Positions 8,950 to 18,870 of a DNA stretch of 64,000 bases are shown here, piece by piece. Numbering within the stretch: position 1 is the stretch's first letter; each line of letters begins with the position of its first letter. The translations under genes and the position numbers were made by a program. The DNA comes from Candidatus Poribacteria bacterium (GTDB lineage Bacteria; Poribacteria; WGA-4E; WGA-3G): positions 70,854 through 134,853 of the forward strand of contig CBDBFU010000021.1 of NCBI GenBank assembly GCA_965205025.1. Direction: 5' to 3'. Under the pieces are notes generated by a model. It was given only the letters and a program-made list of their open reading frames with translations, did no database searches and was not told the DNA's origin.

Positions 8950-11226
8950 CTAATTATTCTTTAATTCACCCCAAAGGATCGTTGCTTTACCTTTAGCTTC
9001 TACATTCAAATTCTTAGCCTTTGGTTCAGAAATATTGGATATAATGAAATTGTCAACAACAAAATGTGATAATGGCACCTCACCTGTGTAAGCTATAATT
9101 CCAAGAACATCAATATAGGGTAGGTTGGGTTCATCAAATTCAAGAATATGTTCACCTTCAGATAGTAATTCAAAATGACCTTTGTTGAAGTCGATTTCAA
9201 TATTCTTGAGTGGACCAAATTTTACTTTTGGGTTTTGTCCTTTGAATGCTATAGGTCCCCATATACTACTGTGAAGAAAATCATAAGTACGTCTATAAAT
9301 GTTTCCATCATGGGTTCGCTGTCCAATGAAAATTCCAACACCCGAATTTACTGCTTCAAGTATATCCATTTTCACGTTTAATGTTTCAGCTTTTATTTGA
9401 AACCCAACAAATTCTAAGATATAAGTTTGAAATATAGCATGATGTTGCAGTGGTTCAATCCAAACATCCAAGGTCCCATCTTTTGTCTTCCAGGTAGATC
9501 GATTACGATTAATTTGATGCTTGGGTTGTTTCCAAGATTTTAGTTCTGCATCGCTGAAATTTTCAACCCATGCGTCTTTTATAACGATTTTTTCATCATC
9601 CAAATTCTCATTTTGATCAATTTTCACTGGACCTTTGTTTGGAATAGTTGGACCTGAAATTTCAAAATCGTCCAGAATCGCAGATGCATTTTCACTACAA
9701 CGATCTACAAACATAGCAATGCCTACATAGTTAATTTTATCTATATCAATGTCTTTAAAATCAGCAATGCATTTTCCTTCAGAGAATAGATAGAAATCTC
9801 CATGTTCGAATATGACATCAATTTCGTCAATGTTATATCCAATTGAGGGTGCAGCATTATATGCTATATTATCTGGATTACCTATTGTATGATTTCCAAA
9901 TAGATAGGTGTGTTTAAATTGTCGTACAAATAAACTATCTGGCTTCTTACCTATAAAAATACCAGCGAACGCATTATCCGTTGAATTAACCTTTAGTTTT
10001 ACTCTAAGTTGTTCTGTATCAATTGGAAATGCAGTAAATTCAAGTGTTGTATTCGTTTCTTGAGCAAGTTCATCACCAATATTTAACCGATCCCGACAGA
10101 ACGGTTGTGTATTAACTTCCAGTTGTCCATCTACTATTTCCCATGCAGCTCTGTCCCGTTGATGTTCAAGTCTTGTCCAAGAATTTAGGTTAGGTTCACC
10201 AAAGTCTTCTACCCATGTATTAAAATTTTCAATTAGAAGTGCTTCAGGAATTGCTGGCATTTTAAAATCATCAGGAGGTGTGATATTCCAAAGCCTGACA
10301 AGATCATCATTTCCAACACTTGCTAATGTATTACCATCAGGACTAAATGCGATGTCATATTTTTCTATATTGTCATCTTTGAGGTTTTGAATAAGTGTGC
10401 CTTTTTTCATATCCCATAAACTGATTTGTCCATCATCTTTTCCTGTTGCAAGGATTCGTCCATCCTGACTAATATCAACACATAAGAGAAATCTTCCAGT
10501 GTCTTTATTTATACTTCGTATATTACTTCCAGTATTTGCATCCCAAATATCTATAGCAGCCCAGCCAACAGCAGCTAATGTGAAGTCCTCAGAACTAAAT
10601 GCAATATCAAAGACATCATGACCAGAAGGTGTGAGTTTATGAATAAGTACTCCAGTATTTGCATTCCATACTTTTACACTCAAATCTTTACATCCGCCAC
10701 TTGCAAGAAGTGAACCATCAGCACTAAAGGATAACCCATCAAGATTCCCTGCCTCCCATGTACGAATTAGTTCACCTGTTTTTGGATTCCAAATATCTAT
10801 ATGTCCATCTCGACTTCCAGTTGCCAGAATATCTCCAACAGGTGAAAAAGCAATATCCCCTATAAATGTATGATTCCCATTTAATACTCTTAGAAGTGCA
10901 CCTGATTCAGGATTCCAAAGATTTATAACTTTCTCATTTCCTCCACCACTTGCGAGGATAGATCCGTCTGGACTAAATTCCAAACCTGCCCCAGGAATTG
11001 TATCAATAACTCGTAAAAGTTGTCCAGAATTAGGATTCCATAAACGTATAGTTGCATCGGCACTATAAGTTGCAAGAATATCACCTTCAGGACTATATGC
11101 GACACTTATGATTTTATCTGTGTGTCCACTGAGAACTAAGTCTGGTGTATCTGCTACAAGTGTAAGAGGTAATAAAAATGCGAGTATAGAAATACATAAT
11201 GTTTTCACGAAATGTTTGACTTTCAT
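8950..11226 (-). CDS. Secreted WD40-repeat protein with two tandem C-terminal beta-sandwich-like repeats and a GK..WG.LK tail
   Basis: Signal peptide; about 7 WD40 repeats (GH...VAYSP.G.ILAT.S.D..IRLWN); two internally repeated ~190-aa domains; ends VEAKGKATILWGELKNN. Confidence 0.85.
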   Translation of the reverse strand: MKVKHFVKTLCISILAFLLPLTLVADTPDLVLSGHTDKIISVAYSPEGDILATYSADATIRLWNPNSGQLLRVIDTIPGAGLEFSPDGSILASGGGNEKVINLWNPESGALLRVLNGNHTFIGDIAFSPVGDILATGSRDGHIDIWNPKTGELIRTWEAGNLDGLSFSADGSLLASGGCKDLSVKVWNANTGVLIHKLTPSGHDVFDIAFSSEDFTLAAVGWAAIDIWDANTGSNIRSINKDTGRFLLCVDISQDGRILATGKDDGQISLWDMKKGTLIQNLKDDNIEKYDIAFSPDGNTLASVGNDDLVRLWNITPPDDFKMPAIPEALLIENFNTWVEDFGEPNLNSWTRLEHQRDRAAWEIVDGQLEVNTQPFCRDRLNIGDELAQETNTTLEFTAFPIDTEQLRVKLKVNSTDNAFAGIFIGKKPDSLFVRQFKHTYLFGNHTIGNPDNIAYNAAPSIGYNIDEIDVIFEHGDFYLFSEGKCIADFKDIDIDKINYVGIAMFVDRCSENASAILDDFEISGPTIPNKGPVKIDQNENLDDEKIVIKDAWVENFSDAELKSWKQPKHQINRNRSTWKTKDGTLDVWIEPLQHHAIFQTYILEFVGFQIKAETLNVKMDILEAVNSGVGIFIGQRTHDGNIYRRTYDFLHSSIWGPIAFKGQNPKVKFGPLKNIEIDFNKGHFELLSEGEHILEFDEPNLPYIDVLGIIAYTGEVPLSHFVVDNFIISNISEPKAKNLNVEAKGKATILWGELKNN

Positions 11227-11299
11227 AGATATTTACTCCTATAACAATTGTAATAAGTAGATATTTAGAACACAAATTATAGAAATAATGTAGGAAGTA

Positions 11300-11373
11300 T
11301 GGGTGGTACAGGACTTGAACCTGTGACCTCTTGCATGTCAAGCAAACGCTCTAGCCACCTGAGCTAACCACCC
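11300..11373 (-). tRNA. tRNA-Val(GAC), CCA not encoded
   Basis: GGGTGGTTAGCTCAGGTGGCTAGAGCGTTTGCTT-GAC-ATGCAAGAGGTCACAGGTTCAAGTCCTGTACCACCCA folds as a cloverleaf. Confidence 0.95.
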
Positions 11374-11387
11374 ACAAATAAAGGAAT

Positions 11388-11462
11388 TGGAGGTGGCGGT
11401 CGGAATTGAACCGACGAATAAGAGTTTTGCAGACTCCTGCCTTACCACTTGGCTACGCCACC
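11388..11462 (-). tRNA. tRNA-Cys(GCA)
   Basis: GGTGGCGTAGCCAAGTGGTAAGGCAGGAGTCT-GCA-AAACTCTT...GGTTCAATTCCGACCGCCACCTCCA. Confidence 0.95.
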
Positions 11463-11466
11463 AGGA

Positions 11467-11541
11467 TGGAGCGGGAGACGAGATTTGAACTCGCGACTTC
11501 CACCTTGGCAAGGTGGAGCTCTACCACTGAGCTACTCCCGC
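11467..11541 (-). tRNA. tRNA-Gly(GCC)
   Basis: GCGGGAGTAGCTCAGTGGTAGAGCTCCACCTT-GCC-AAGGTGG...GTTCAAATCTCGTCTCCCGCTCCA. Confidence 0.95.
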
Positions 11542-11586
11542 AAACTGATAGATGGGTTTTTAGAAGCCCTATCTAAAAGCAAGAGT

Positions 11587-11615
11587 ATAATACCATAAAT
11601 TGTGTTTATTGTCAA
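11587..11615 (-). promoter_or_regulatory. Sigma70-type promoter of the tRNA operon
   Basis: TTGACA-17 bp-TATTAT with TG extension on the minus strand, about 45 bp upstream of tRNA-Gly. Confidence 0.7.
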
Positions 11616-11676
11616 ATATTTTGTTTTTTAATACCAATCAATAGTAGTTAAATATTTTGTTATTTTAATGTAGTTA

Positions 11677-12882
11677 TTAGGTACGGTAATCGGCATTTAT
11701 CCGTATATAATCGTATGAATAATCACATGTCCACATTGTTATCTCTGAATCGCCTGTCCGAAGATCAATGACTATACGCACAGGGTCATTATCAAATAAT
11801 TTTGTTGCTGTGTCTTCATCATAGCCGGCATCCATTCCATTTTTTACAAGAACATAGTCGTGAAGCATTACATCAACTTTGTATGGATCAAATTCTGCTC
11901 CCGATTTACCGATTGCCATCATAATCCGTCCCCAATTTGCATCGTTTGCAAACACAGCAGTTTTTACAAGGGGTGATTCAGCAACAGCACGTGCAGCTTT
12001 TTCAGCATCGTTTCTACTCTTGGCATTTTTAACAATAACTTCAATAAGTTTCGTAGCACCTTCCCCATCTCTTGCTAACATTTTGACTAATTCGGTGCAG
12101 ACATGAAGTAATCCATCATAAAATGCTTCATAGTTATTTCCGTTTGGTTGCTGTATCAGACTGTTATCTGCTTTACAGGTAGATAGTAGTATTACAGTAT
12201 CGTTAGTACTTCGGTCAGTGTCAACGGTTAGGAGATTATATGTTTCATCAGCAACCTGTGTTAAGGCAGTTTGAAGTGTATCAGTTGAAATACAAACATC
12301 AGTGGTAAGGTATGATAACATTGTTGCCATATTGGGGGCAATCATCCCTGAACCTTTTGCAATTCCACCAATTCTGACGGGTTTTCCTTTAATTTCTAAT
12401 TCAACTGAAACAGATTTTGGATGTGTATCTGTTGTCATTATGGCTTCTGCAGCATCAGCACCACCATCAGTACTTAATTGCTTAACTGATTCTTGTATTC
12501 CACTTTCAATTACATCCATAGGTAATTGTTGTCCTATAACCCCAGTAGAAGATACAAGTATATGTTCAGGTGGTATTCCAAGTTGTTCGGCAGTTAGGGT
12601 TGCCATGTTCTGTGCATTTATCATACCTTCATCACCTGTACATGCATTAGCATTTCCACTGTTGATTATGATTGCTTGTATTGTTGGGTCTTGTAGATGT
12701 TGCCGACATAGAATTACAGGGGCAGCGGTGACACTATTCTTTGTAAATACACCTGCTGCAATTGCAGGAGTATCTGATACTATTATAGCTAAATCTTTTA
12801 GATTATCTTTCTTGATTCCTGCATGTATTCCTGCTGCTCGGATACCTTGTACAGTGGTGATACCTCCGTCTATCTGCTTCAT
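11677..12882 (-). CDS. argJ: Bifunctional glutamate N-acetyltransferase / amino-acid acetyltransferase ArgJ
   Basis: NSGNANACTG, STGVIG, IMTTDT, KGSGMIAPNMATML, STNDT, RDGEGATK, ANWGRI, INADYRT; start MKQIDGG after AGGAG RBS. Confidence 0.97.
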   Translation of the reverse strand: MKQIDGGITTVQGIRAAGIHAGIKKDNLKDLAIIVSDTPAIAAGVFTKNSVTAAPVILCRQHLQDPTIQAIIINSGNANACTGDEGMINAQNMATLTAEQLGIPPEHILVSSTGVIGQQLPMDVIESGIQESVKQLSTDGGADAAEAIMTTDTHPKSVSVELEIKGKPVRIGGIAKGSGMIAPNMATMLSYLTTDVCISTDTLQTALTQVADETYNLLTVDTDRSTNDTVILLSTCKADNSLIQQPNGNNYEAFYDGLLHVCTELVKMLARDGEGATKLIEVIVKNAKSRNDAEKAARAVAESPLVKTAVFANDANWGRIMMAIGKSGAEFDPYKVDVMLHDYVLVKNGMDAGYDEDTATKLFDNDPVRIVIDLRTGDSEITMWTCDYSYDYIRINADYRT

Positions 12883-12939
12883 TAATTCTCCTATTTCATA
12901 AATCAAGTTAGGGGAGTATAATTGAATGACAAGTAAATC

Positions 12940-14304
12940 TCACCTGTTGTATTGCTTATCTTGTTCTTGTATGTAATCTTCAAGTTGTTTTGCAATTTCA
13001 GGATCAATTTCTTTAAGCCGTTCAAGTCCTTTCATTGGTCCTAATTCGTTAAGGGTAGCAATTGCACGTTGAGTACGCATCTGTGAAAAGTTTTTACTTA
13101 GATTATTTTCAATCATTGTTATGTCTGTCACTGGAGGCTGCTTTGGTAGAATGGTAGCTCTGACTCCTGTATGCATCGGCATGCTGATGGCATCAAACAT
13201 CTTTTGAAGTTCGTTATCAATCTCTACCTCATTCAGTTGTAAGAATTTATCCAACTTCACACCAAGAGCTTCCTCGAGAAAAATAGTTGCCTCACTTTGA
13301 ATCTGAGGATCATCAATACCTTTTAAAGAGTGCTGTAATGCAATAACATTTACCGTAATGTCTGTCCAATGCTCTTTTACTCCTGGTTGCATAACTTTCA
13401 TAGTATCCTTATCAGGTTTATTAGAGTTAACAGACTGATCCACTTTATCTGTAATGTCTTCTTTAGAATTAAGATGCACGTCTTCGTATTCAACAGAAAA
13501 ACGTAAACCTTCAATATCTGGTGGAGAGGGTTGTTTCATCCAAGGAGGTGTATTTTCTAATTCTGTTAAATACGCTTGTATTGCTTTCTGATTCTCTGGG
13601 TTGCTTGAACTTAGGATGCCTGTAACTTCATCGTCAATTGTACCATCAACATTATGTGTCCGACGTCTATAGACTTTTATCATATTCGGATAGGTAGGAA
13701 TATATTCACCAGTTATTTGATCCTGTGTGACACCATCTACATCTGGATCCTTCTTTAAAAACTTAATAAAAGCTTTATTTAATTCATCAATTGCTTTGTC
13801 TTTCTCCGTAAGAGATTCCCGTCTGCGATTGAGGATAGATCGAAGATCTTCTTTTATTATATTGGGGAAATCTAATATATCTAATTCGGAGATTGCTATT
13901 TCAATTTTCTCAAGTACTATCTGTTTTTCTTTTTGATAATCCTCCCCTTGTGTATAACCGTGGGTATCCCCGACAATGTCTCCAAAACGCTGATCATACT
14001 CCCGTGCACTCAACTGTAAATCCGGATTCTTTATAATTAATTTCCGAATATGATCTTGCATTTTCTCCATTTCTTTTTCAGGGAGATTTCCCTCCTGCAT
14101 TAAGAGTTTTGTTAATGCAATACCATTCTCAAAATAACTTTCTTTTTCCTCTGGTGTTAGTTCACCTGAGAAAGAATAGAGTTTATCTATATGTGCTTGG
14201 ACTTCTTCACTAATTTTTTGTGTGGGTTGGAATAAAACAAACATTAATCCAATTACAACAATTAACAAACCACTTATAATTAGTGCAGTTCTTTTGTTTA
14301 ACAC
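12940..14304 (-). CDS. Membrane-anchored hypothetical protein
   Basis: GTG start at 14304 preceded by AAGGAG; one N-terminal TM helix; helical C-terminus R..RA..TL..LGP..GL.RLKEIDPE.A; upstream ORF extension lies in repeat DNA. Confidence 0.7.
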   Translation of the reverse strand: MLNKRTALIISGLLIVVIGLMFVLFQPTQKISEEVQAHIDKLYSFSGELTPEEKESYFENGIALTKLLMQEGNLPEKEMEKMQDHIRKLIIKNPDLQLSAREYDQRFGDIVGDTHGYTQGEDYQKEKQIVLEKIEIAISELDILDFPNIIKEDLRSILNRRRESLTEKDKAIDELNKAFIKFLKKDPDVDGVTQDQITGEYIPTYPNMIKVYRRRTHNVDGTIDDEVTGILSSSNPENQKAIQAYLTELENTPPWMKQPSPPDIEGLRFSVEYEDVHLNSKEDITDKVDQSVNSNKPDKDTMKVMQPGVKEHWTDITVNVIALQHSLKGIDDPQIQSEATIFLEEALGVKLDKFLQLNEVEIDNELQKMFDAISMPMHTGVRATILPKQPPVTDITMIENNLSKNFSQMRTQRAIATLNELGPMKGLERLKEIDPEIAKQLEDYIQEQDKQYNR

Positions 14305-14339
14305 GAGAATTAACTCCTTTTTGTAATTCCGTTTAAGTC

Positions 14340-14520
14340 CTAATTGGTTTACTTCACTTATTCTAAATTCTGACACAATACATAAATAAAATCCTGATTT
14401 CTACAGCAACGCGGTATGAAGTGAACGACACATAGCACTCCGCTGGAGTGCAAGAATGTACTGATCATGTTTTCTATAGACATAGCACTCCGCTGGAGTG
14501 CAAAATGATTGTAGGATTCC
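14340..14520. repeat. Dispersed ~180-bp repeat with two GCACTCCGCTGGAGTGC hairpins (inverted copy at ~54575-54760)
   Basis: ACATAGCACTCCGCTGGAGTGC twice about 51 bp apart; reverse complement of 54575-54760 aligns along its length. Confidence 0.75.
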
Positions 14521-14557
14521 TTTGATATAGAAAATTCACAAAGAAGACTTATCATAT

Positions 14558-14779
14558 CGACTTGTGCCAGTTAACAATTTGTTTTTGTTGTTTTCACGTA
14601 TTTTGAGTTTTTACTATAAACATTTCGTCCCTACGGGACTCGAGAAGGTTTGTTTCGTGTTTTACTATAAACATTTCGTCCCTACGGGACTAAAGAATGT
14701 CTCAACTAATGAAGGATATTCATACAAACCTTCGTTTATGTGAAGGAATTGATTACTAAATGTTATTTAGCACAACCCG
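14558..14779. mobile_element. ~220-bp MITE-like element, copy 1 (copy 2 at 24176-24395)
   Basis: Starts CGACTTGTGCCAGTTA, ends TGTTATTTAGCACAACCCG (imperfect TIR); two ACATTTCGTCCCTACGGGACT hairpins inside. Confidence 0.75.
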
Positions 14780-15093
14780 TTATCATTAGAAACTCAACTT
14801 ACTCAAGGATAAGAATTGTTCAAACTATAGTATCTGTTAAAATTCAATTGAGAAATCCACAACTCCATTCACGGAAACCTTCACGGAGCAATTCTACGAA
14901 CCCTTATTCTATAAGGGTTTATAATTTGAAGTATATCAATTTTCCGTGAATCACATATGTTAATATTTGTATTACTTAGGTGTATACGGAGTAGATTGGC
15001 TTAGTATTGTGTACTTTCTTGAATCGTAGGATTGGATAGTTTGTATTCTCTGTGAACAGTCTGTATGCTTCTTTTGTCTGCAGTCAAATGTTA

Positions 15094-15300
15094 TACCATT
15101 TCTAAATAATGATTGCCCCTTATCAGGGGACTACTAAGAGTATTCATAATGTGAACTACTTAATTACAGTTTGGGCAGTTTTAAGCGATACACATTTCGC
15201 CCCTCTGGGGCTTAGACTTTTGGGAGGTATGGCGTTTCTACACACATTTCGCCCCTCTGGGGCTATCAGAGTTTATTTTTCTCAGAACGGATTTCAGCAA
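15094..15300. repeat. Composite repeat: partial TACCATTTCTA-end element plus a pair of CGCCCCTCTGGGGC hairpins
   Basis: 15094-15160 is the reverse complement, with an internal deletion, of 43920-44033; 15186-15290 matches 25723-25835. Confidence 0.7.
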
Positions 15301-15579
15301 GTACCCAATCTGCAAAGGCATCTTGTTCCTTCGGTGAGAGCTTTGACACTTCTGTTAAAGCTTGTTCAAGTCGCGTCGTCATTGAGATATCTCCATACAA
15401 GAAGTGGTTCGTTGAGTACTATTAAATTTACAGCATTTTTGGTAAACAGTCAACCTATTTTGGTGTGTAATTATATTATAGTCGACTCTGAATCATGGAT
15501 TCCACGGATTGTTGTCTGAATCGCGGATTACGCCAAGAGTGGGAACAGGATCTTGTAGGATCGAGATCGGAATCTTCTC

Positions 15580-15894
15580 CTATTGAACATTGTGAGTGAG
15601 GGTACTTAATGTGGTAGTTACTTTCTCGTGTGTATATAAATCTGAAGTAGTAGTGATTGCCGCCCAGAATATAATACGGTTGGTGGTATAGGAACTGTGC
15701 AACTGCGATTCATGTTTATGAACAACATCTGAATTAATCTCTGAATTCAACTGTGTCGGAGATTGAAATGGTCCAGATTCACGGATCGGTTGTGAATCTA
15801 AAGTGTGATGAGTTATGCTGGCGCCACAACTTAATAATGATGAAATCAGAAGTATTACCAACATGTTACGTGTATAAATAAATATGTATCTCAT
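15580..15894 (-). CDS. Small putative lipoprotein, possibly truncated
   Basis: GGAGG RBS, MRYIF start, hydrophobic stretch and LLSC lipobox; 3' end abuts a repeat. Confidence 0.45.
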   Translation of the reverse strand: MRYIFIYTRNMLVILLISSLLSCGASITHHTLDSQPIRESGPFQSPTQLNSEINSDVVHKHESQLHSSYTTNRIIFWAAITTTSDLYTHEKVTTTLSTLTHNVQ

Positions 15895-16025
15895 TTTTAC
15901 ATCCTCCAAGATATATTTATGGAAAACGAACTTTCATCCTATTATATATTAACCTAAGTTGCTAATTTCAAATTTTATATTCTACTATGATGTTCGGTAA
16001 TTCCTGTAGAATTTTTGGTAAATAG

Positions 16026-16358
16026 TTACTCTGATTGTTCTAAATCATTGGTGGGAATACTTTTTAATTTTGAGAGAATTTCCAGTATTTTATCTAATTG
16101 TTGTGGGTGCTTGGTATTTAGAAGATAGGAAAGGTTCGTCGGACTGAGATTTGTCCATACAGAAATTGTATCAATGCCGCCTTGTGCCTCTACGATATCT
16201 TTCATGCAAAGTAATAATAATTCAATGTTGCCATCTTTATCAAAATCTTTGAGAGCAGCTTCAAGATAACCTTTTGCAAATTCCGGTTCGGCAAGGTCTT
16301 TGCGGAGGTAATCTTTAAACGGAGTTGTGCAATGTTGTAGTTTAATTTCTGCTTTCAT
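16026..16358 (-). CDS. Addiction module antidote protein (HI1420-like HTH antitoxin)
   Basis: YLEAAL...L..IVEAQGGI..IS..T.LS...L...L....P.L..I; ATG at 16358 with GGAGG RBS, overlapping the toxin gene end. Confidence 0.85.
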   Translation of the reverse strand: MKAEIKLQHCTTPFKDYLRKDLAEPEFAKGYLEAALKDFDKDGNIELLLLCMKDIVEAQGGIDTISVWTNLSPTNLSYLLNTKHPQQLDKILEILSKLKSIPTNDLEQSE

Positions 16359-16701
16359 TGTCAATTTCCTCCATTTGTTCCAAAAAGTCGTTCCAATATT
16401 TTTGCGCTCTATTAATATCCCGCTGTTGTGTACCTTTCGTACCACCACAAAGTAAGATTACGATGTTATTTTGAAATAGTCCGAAATAGACACGATATCC
16501 GGGTCCATGATGGATCCTCAATTCATACAAATCTGAACTTAATCGCTTGAAATCGCCAAAGTTACCTGTTCGTACACGTGCAATTCTATTAGAAATGGCT
16601 ATCCGAGCATTTTGATCTTTAATTTGCATGTACCATTGTTGATACGAATTACGTCCGCTTGGTGTGATGTAGGTAAGTATATCTCTGGGACGAATTTGCA
16701 T
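16342..16701 (-). CDS. Type II TA RelE/ParE-family toxin (HI1419-like addiction module killer)
   Basis: RIARVRTGNFGD.K......ELRIH.GPGYRVYF...IVILLCGG.K.TQQRDI.RA. Confidence 0.93.
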   Translation of the reverse strand: MQIRPRDILTYITPSGRNSYQQWYMQIKDQNARIAISNRIARVRTGNFGDFKRLSSDLYELRIHHGPGYRVYFGLFQNNIVILLCGGTKGTQQRDINRAQKYWNDFLEQMEEIDNESRN

Positions 16702-16861
16702 GCCTTAAGTATAATACATTTTTAGTAAATATTCAATTTGACATTTCTCAAATAGTTTAGATGCCAAGAAAATGAATAATATATTAAGTGCTATTCCTTG
16801 TGCATCTAAAGTTGAGAGGTCGGATGCAAATTGGGTATCTGAAAGATAATATTAGACCTAA

Positions 16862-17168
16862 TACCATATCTAAAATATACTATCGCATTGATGGTGGAGA
16901 TTCTGCAGGGTCAATCTCCATGTCGCGACCGGTAGGTCGCTCCTACAGAAGATAGTTTCCAATAATATTCAATTCCATAAAATTTATGTAATGACATATT
17001 ATTTATTAGAATTGGTATAAATTGACGCCTATAATTGTGCTGTGAACTATCACCATAGACGTCAGATGGACTCTTCTGTAGGAGGGAACTCCGATTCCCG
17101 ACTGTATTGGGGATCGTGATTCGGAGATCGCTCTACAAAAGAGCCTAATGCTTAAATTGACGCCTATA
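16862..17168. repeat. Adjacent MITE/REP-like elements
   Basis: TACCATATCTA (16862) ... TAGAATTGGTA (17007-17017) TIR pair; AAATTGACGCCTATA direct repeat at 17019 and 17154; internal GTAGG/CCTAC hairpins. Confidence 0.6.
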
Positions 17169-17243
17169 GACAAGTATTGCATCTACCTACAGGATGATTC
17201 ATAGAACTCATTAGACAAATTGACAGATATTACTTGTATACAC

Positions 17244-18480
17244 CTACCTGTGATTAGGTCCACGTATAGGTATTTTGTGCCAACTCCCACCTGTTTCTTT
17301 TGCAATGCGTTTATGATCTGGAAAATCCTTACCAAGCACATTTACAGAGATCTTGTTTTTTTTGACAGAGTTTTATAACACCATCTAATGTATGCCTTTT
17401 TATGCTGGTAAATTTCTTTTCATCTGTGAAGAGGAAAAGATGTTTCACAGAATCTGTTCTCAACTCCAGTTTTGTGACCGTATAATGAATAGCATCTAAT
17501 GTACCTAATTCACTTGCGTATACACCTTTTACGTTTTTAATTGAATTTAAAGACTCTTTGATTAAAGATAGGTTTCGCGTGAGCTTGAATTTAACATAAA
17601 CTGTATGGATCCTATTTCTCGGAAATCTTTGGTTATAGAAGTGTGTTATACCGAACATATAGTCTATTTTTGAAGTTTTATATGTATTACCTATATCAGA
17701 CAGAAGTTCTACAAAAGAACTGATATTATCAAGCATACTATTGGACATGACTAAGACGAAGACAACATCTACGGTGTTTCCTCTACTGCTTGCAATAATA
17801 TCATTTGTTAGTTTCTCAATGCTGTTAAGGGAAGTGTTGCCTTCACCCTGACCTTTGCCACCACTACCATGACCTTTGCCACTCCCGTCTCTATTTCCCT
17901 CCGAATCACCTATACTACTACCGTTTTTCTTTCCTGTCCCTGTTTTGCTGTTACCTTTCCCGGTATTTTTTTGTGAATTTCCCTTACTTTTAGTACTGCG
18001 ATTTTTTGAAACTGTCCACCCTATAAGACCAGATGGTAATTCTGGTGACATAATAGATCTGTCATTGGGTTTTAAACGTGTATCAGTTGAGAGATTTGGT
18101 GTATCAAATTGGGGATCAAAGTTTGCTGATGCCGATACCTGCCCTTGATCTGCCGACGGAGTTGCGGAGGTAGGCAACTTTGCAATCTCTTTGGATTGAT
18201 TGGGTTTAGCAATAGTTACATCTCTTCTTTGAGGTACCGGTATAACTTCATTTCGCTTAGTTAATATTGGATTTAGTGACTCTTGCTCATTGACTATTTG
18301 TCTCGACAACTCAGGTAGTATTTCGGCATGTATTTTGTCGACTTCGGTTTCTTCTTGATTGAGAAAAAAGAGGACAAACACCGCCATCATCACTACATGG
18401 AAAACTAAAGAAATACAAAAAGCAATTTTTCGATATCTCTGTCGAAAAGACTTTCTTAAATCATGGTTACTAAGGTACAT
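17244..18480 (-). CDS. Membrane-anchored protein with TonB-like N-terminus, Gly-rich linker and C-terminal VWA domain (one apparent +1 frameshift near 17356)
   Basis: SL.FH TM segment; DVVFVLVMSNSM degenerate MIDAS, LFTDE; removing one A from an A8 run gives ...NKISVNVLG...IAKETGGSW, a typical VWA end, with stop at 17244. Confidence 0.75.
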
Positions 18481-18514
18481 AATAACAACCTATTTGTATG
18501 TTTACAGTAAATAT

Positions 18515-18720
18515 GAAAAAAGTTACACTTTTTGTCACATCGTGTGACATTTAAATTGGTGTGTAAATACCTTCTAAACCCTGTCATAGACTGGGTTTAG
18601 ACCAAATTAGAAAAGAAATTATAAAATTTTTGAATTTTGTCTTTTCTTTACTTTATTTCTAAAATCCAAAACTGGAATTATGGAAATCAAAAGTTGTTAT
18701 GAAAGTTATGAAAACGGTTT
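18515..18720 (-). repeat. Copy of the A-rich palindrome + triple GT(T/C)AC repeat family
   Basis: Reverse complement reads AAAAGACAAAATTCA...CTAAACCCAGTCTATGACAGGGTTTAG...GTCACACGATGTGACAAAAAGTGTAACTTTTTCAT; homologous to 54828-55028, 55231-55370, 63565-63702. Confidence 0.75.
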
Positions 18721-18870
18721 TTGTGTTCATATTACACTCTGTATTATATAGATATTTTAACGTATGTGAATAATGTATGCAAGTGAATTCCATTTGTCTT
18801 ATGTCTGGTGTTCTGTGAATTTATTGATTTTTACGAATCTTCTGTTGCTGGTTATTCTATTTTTCTTCAC

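Noticed and set aside
12302-12901. 199-aa antisense ORF and the many other shadow ORFs in the track
   Set aside because: Opposite-strand or off-frame shadows of well-supported genes such as argJ.
14613-14692. CRISPR mini-arrays from paired palindromic direct repeats (also 15189, 24231, 25727)
   Set aside because: Only two units each, intervening sequences are similar between loci, no cas genes; they fit REP-like hairpins.
15109-15519. 136-aa ORF
   Set aside because: Runs through stacked repeat elements; no recognisable features.
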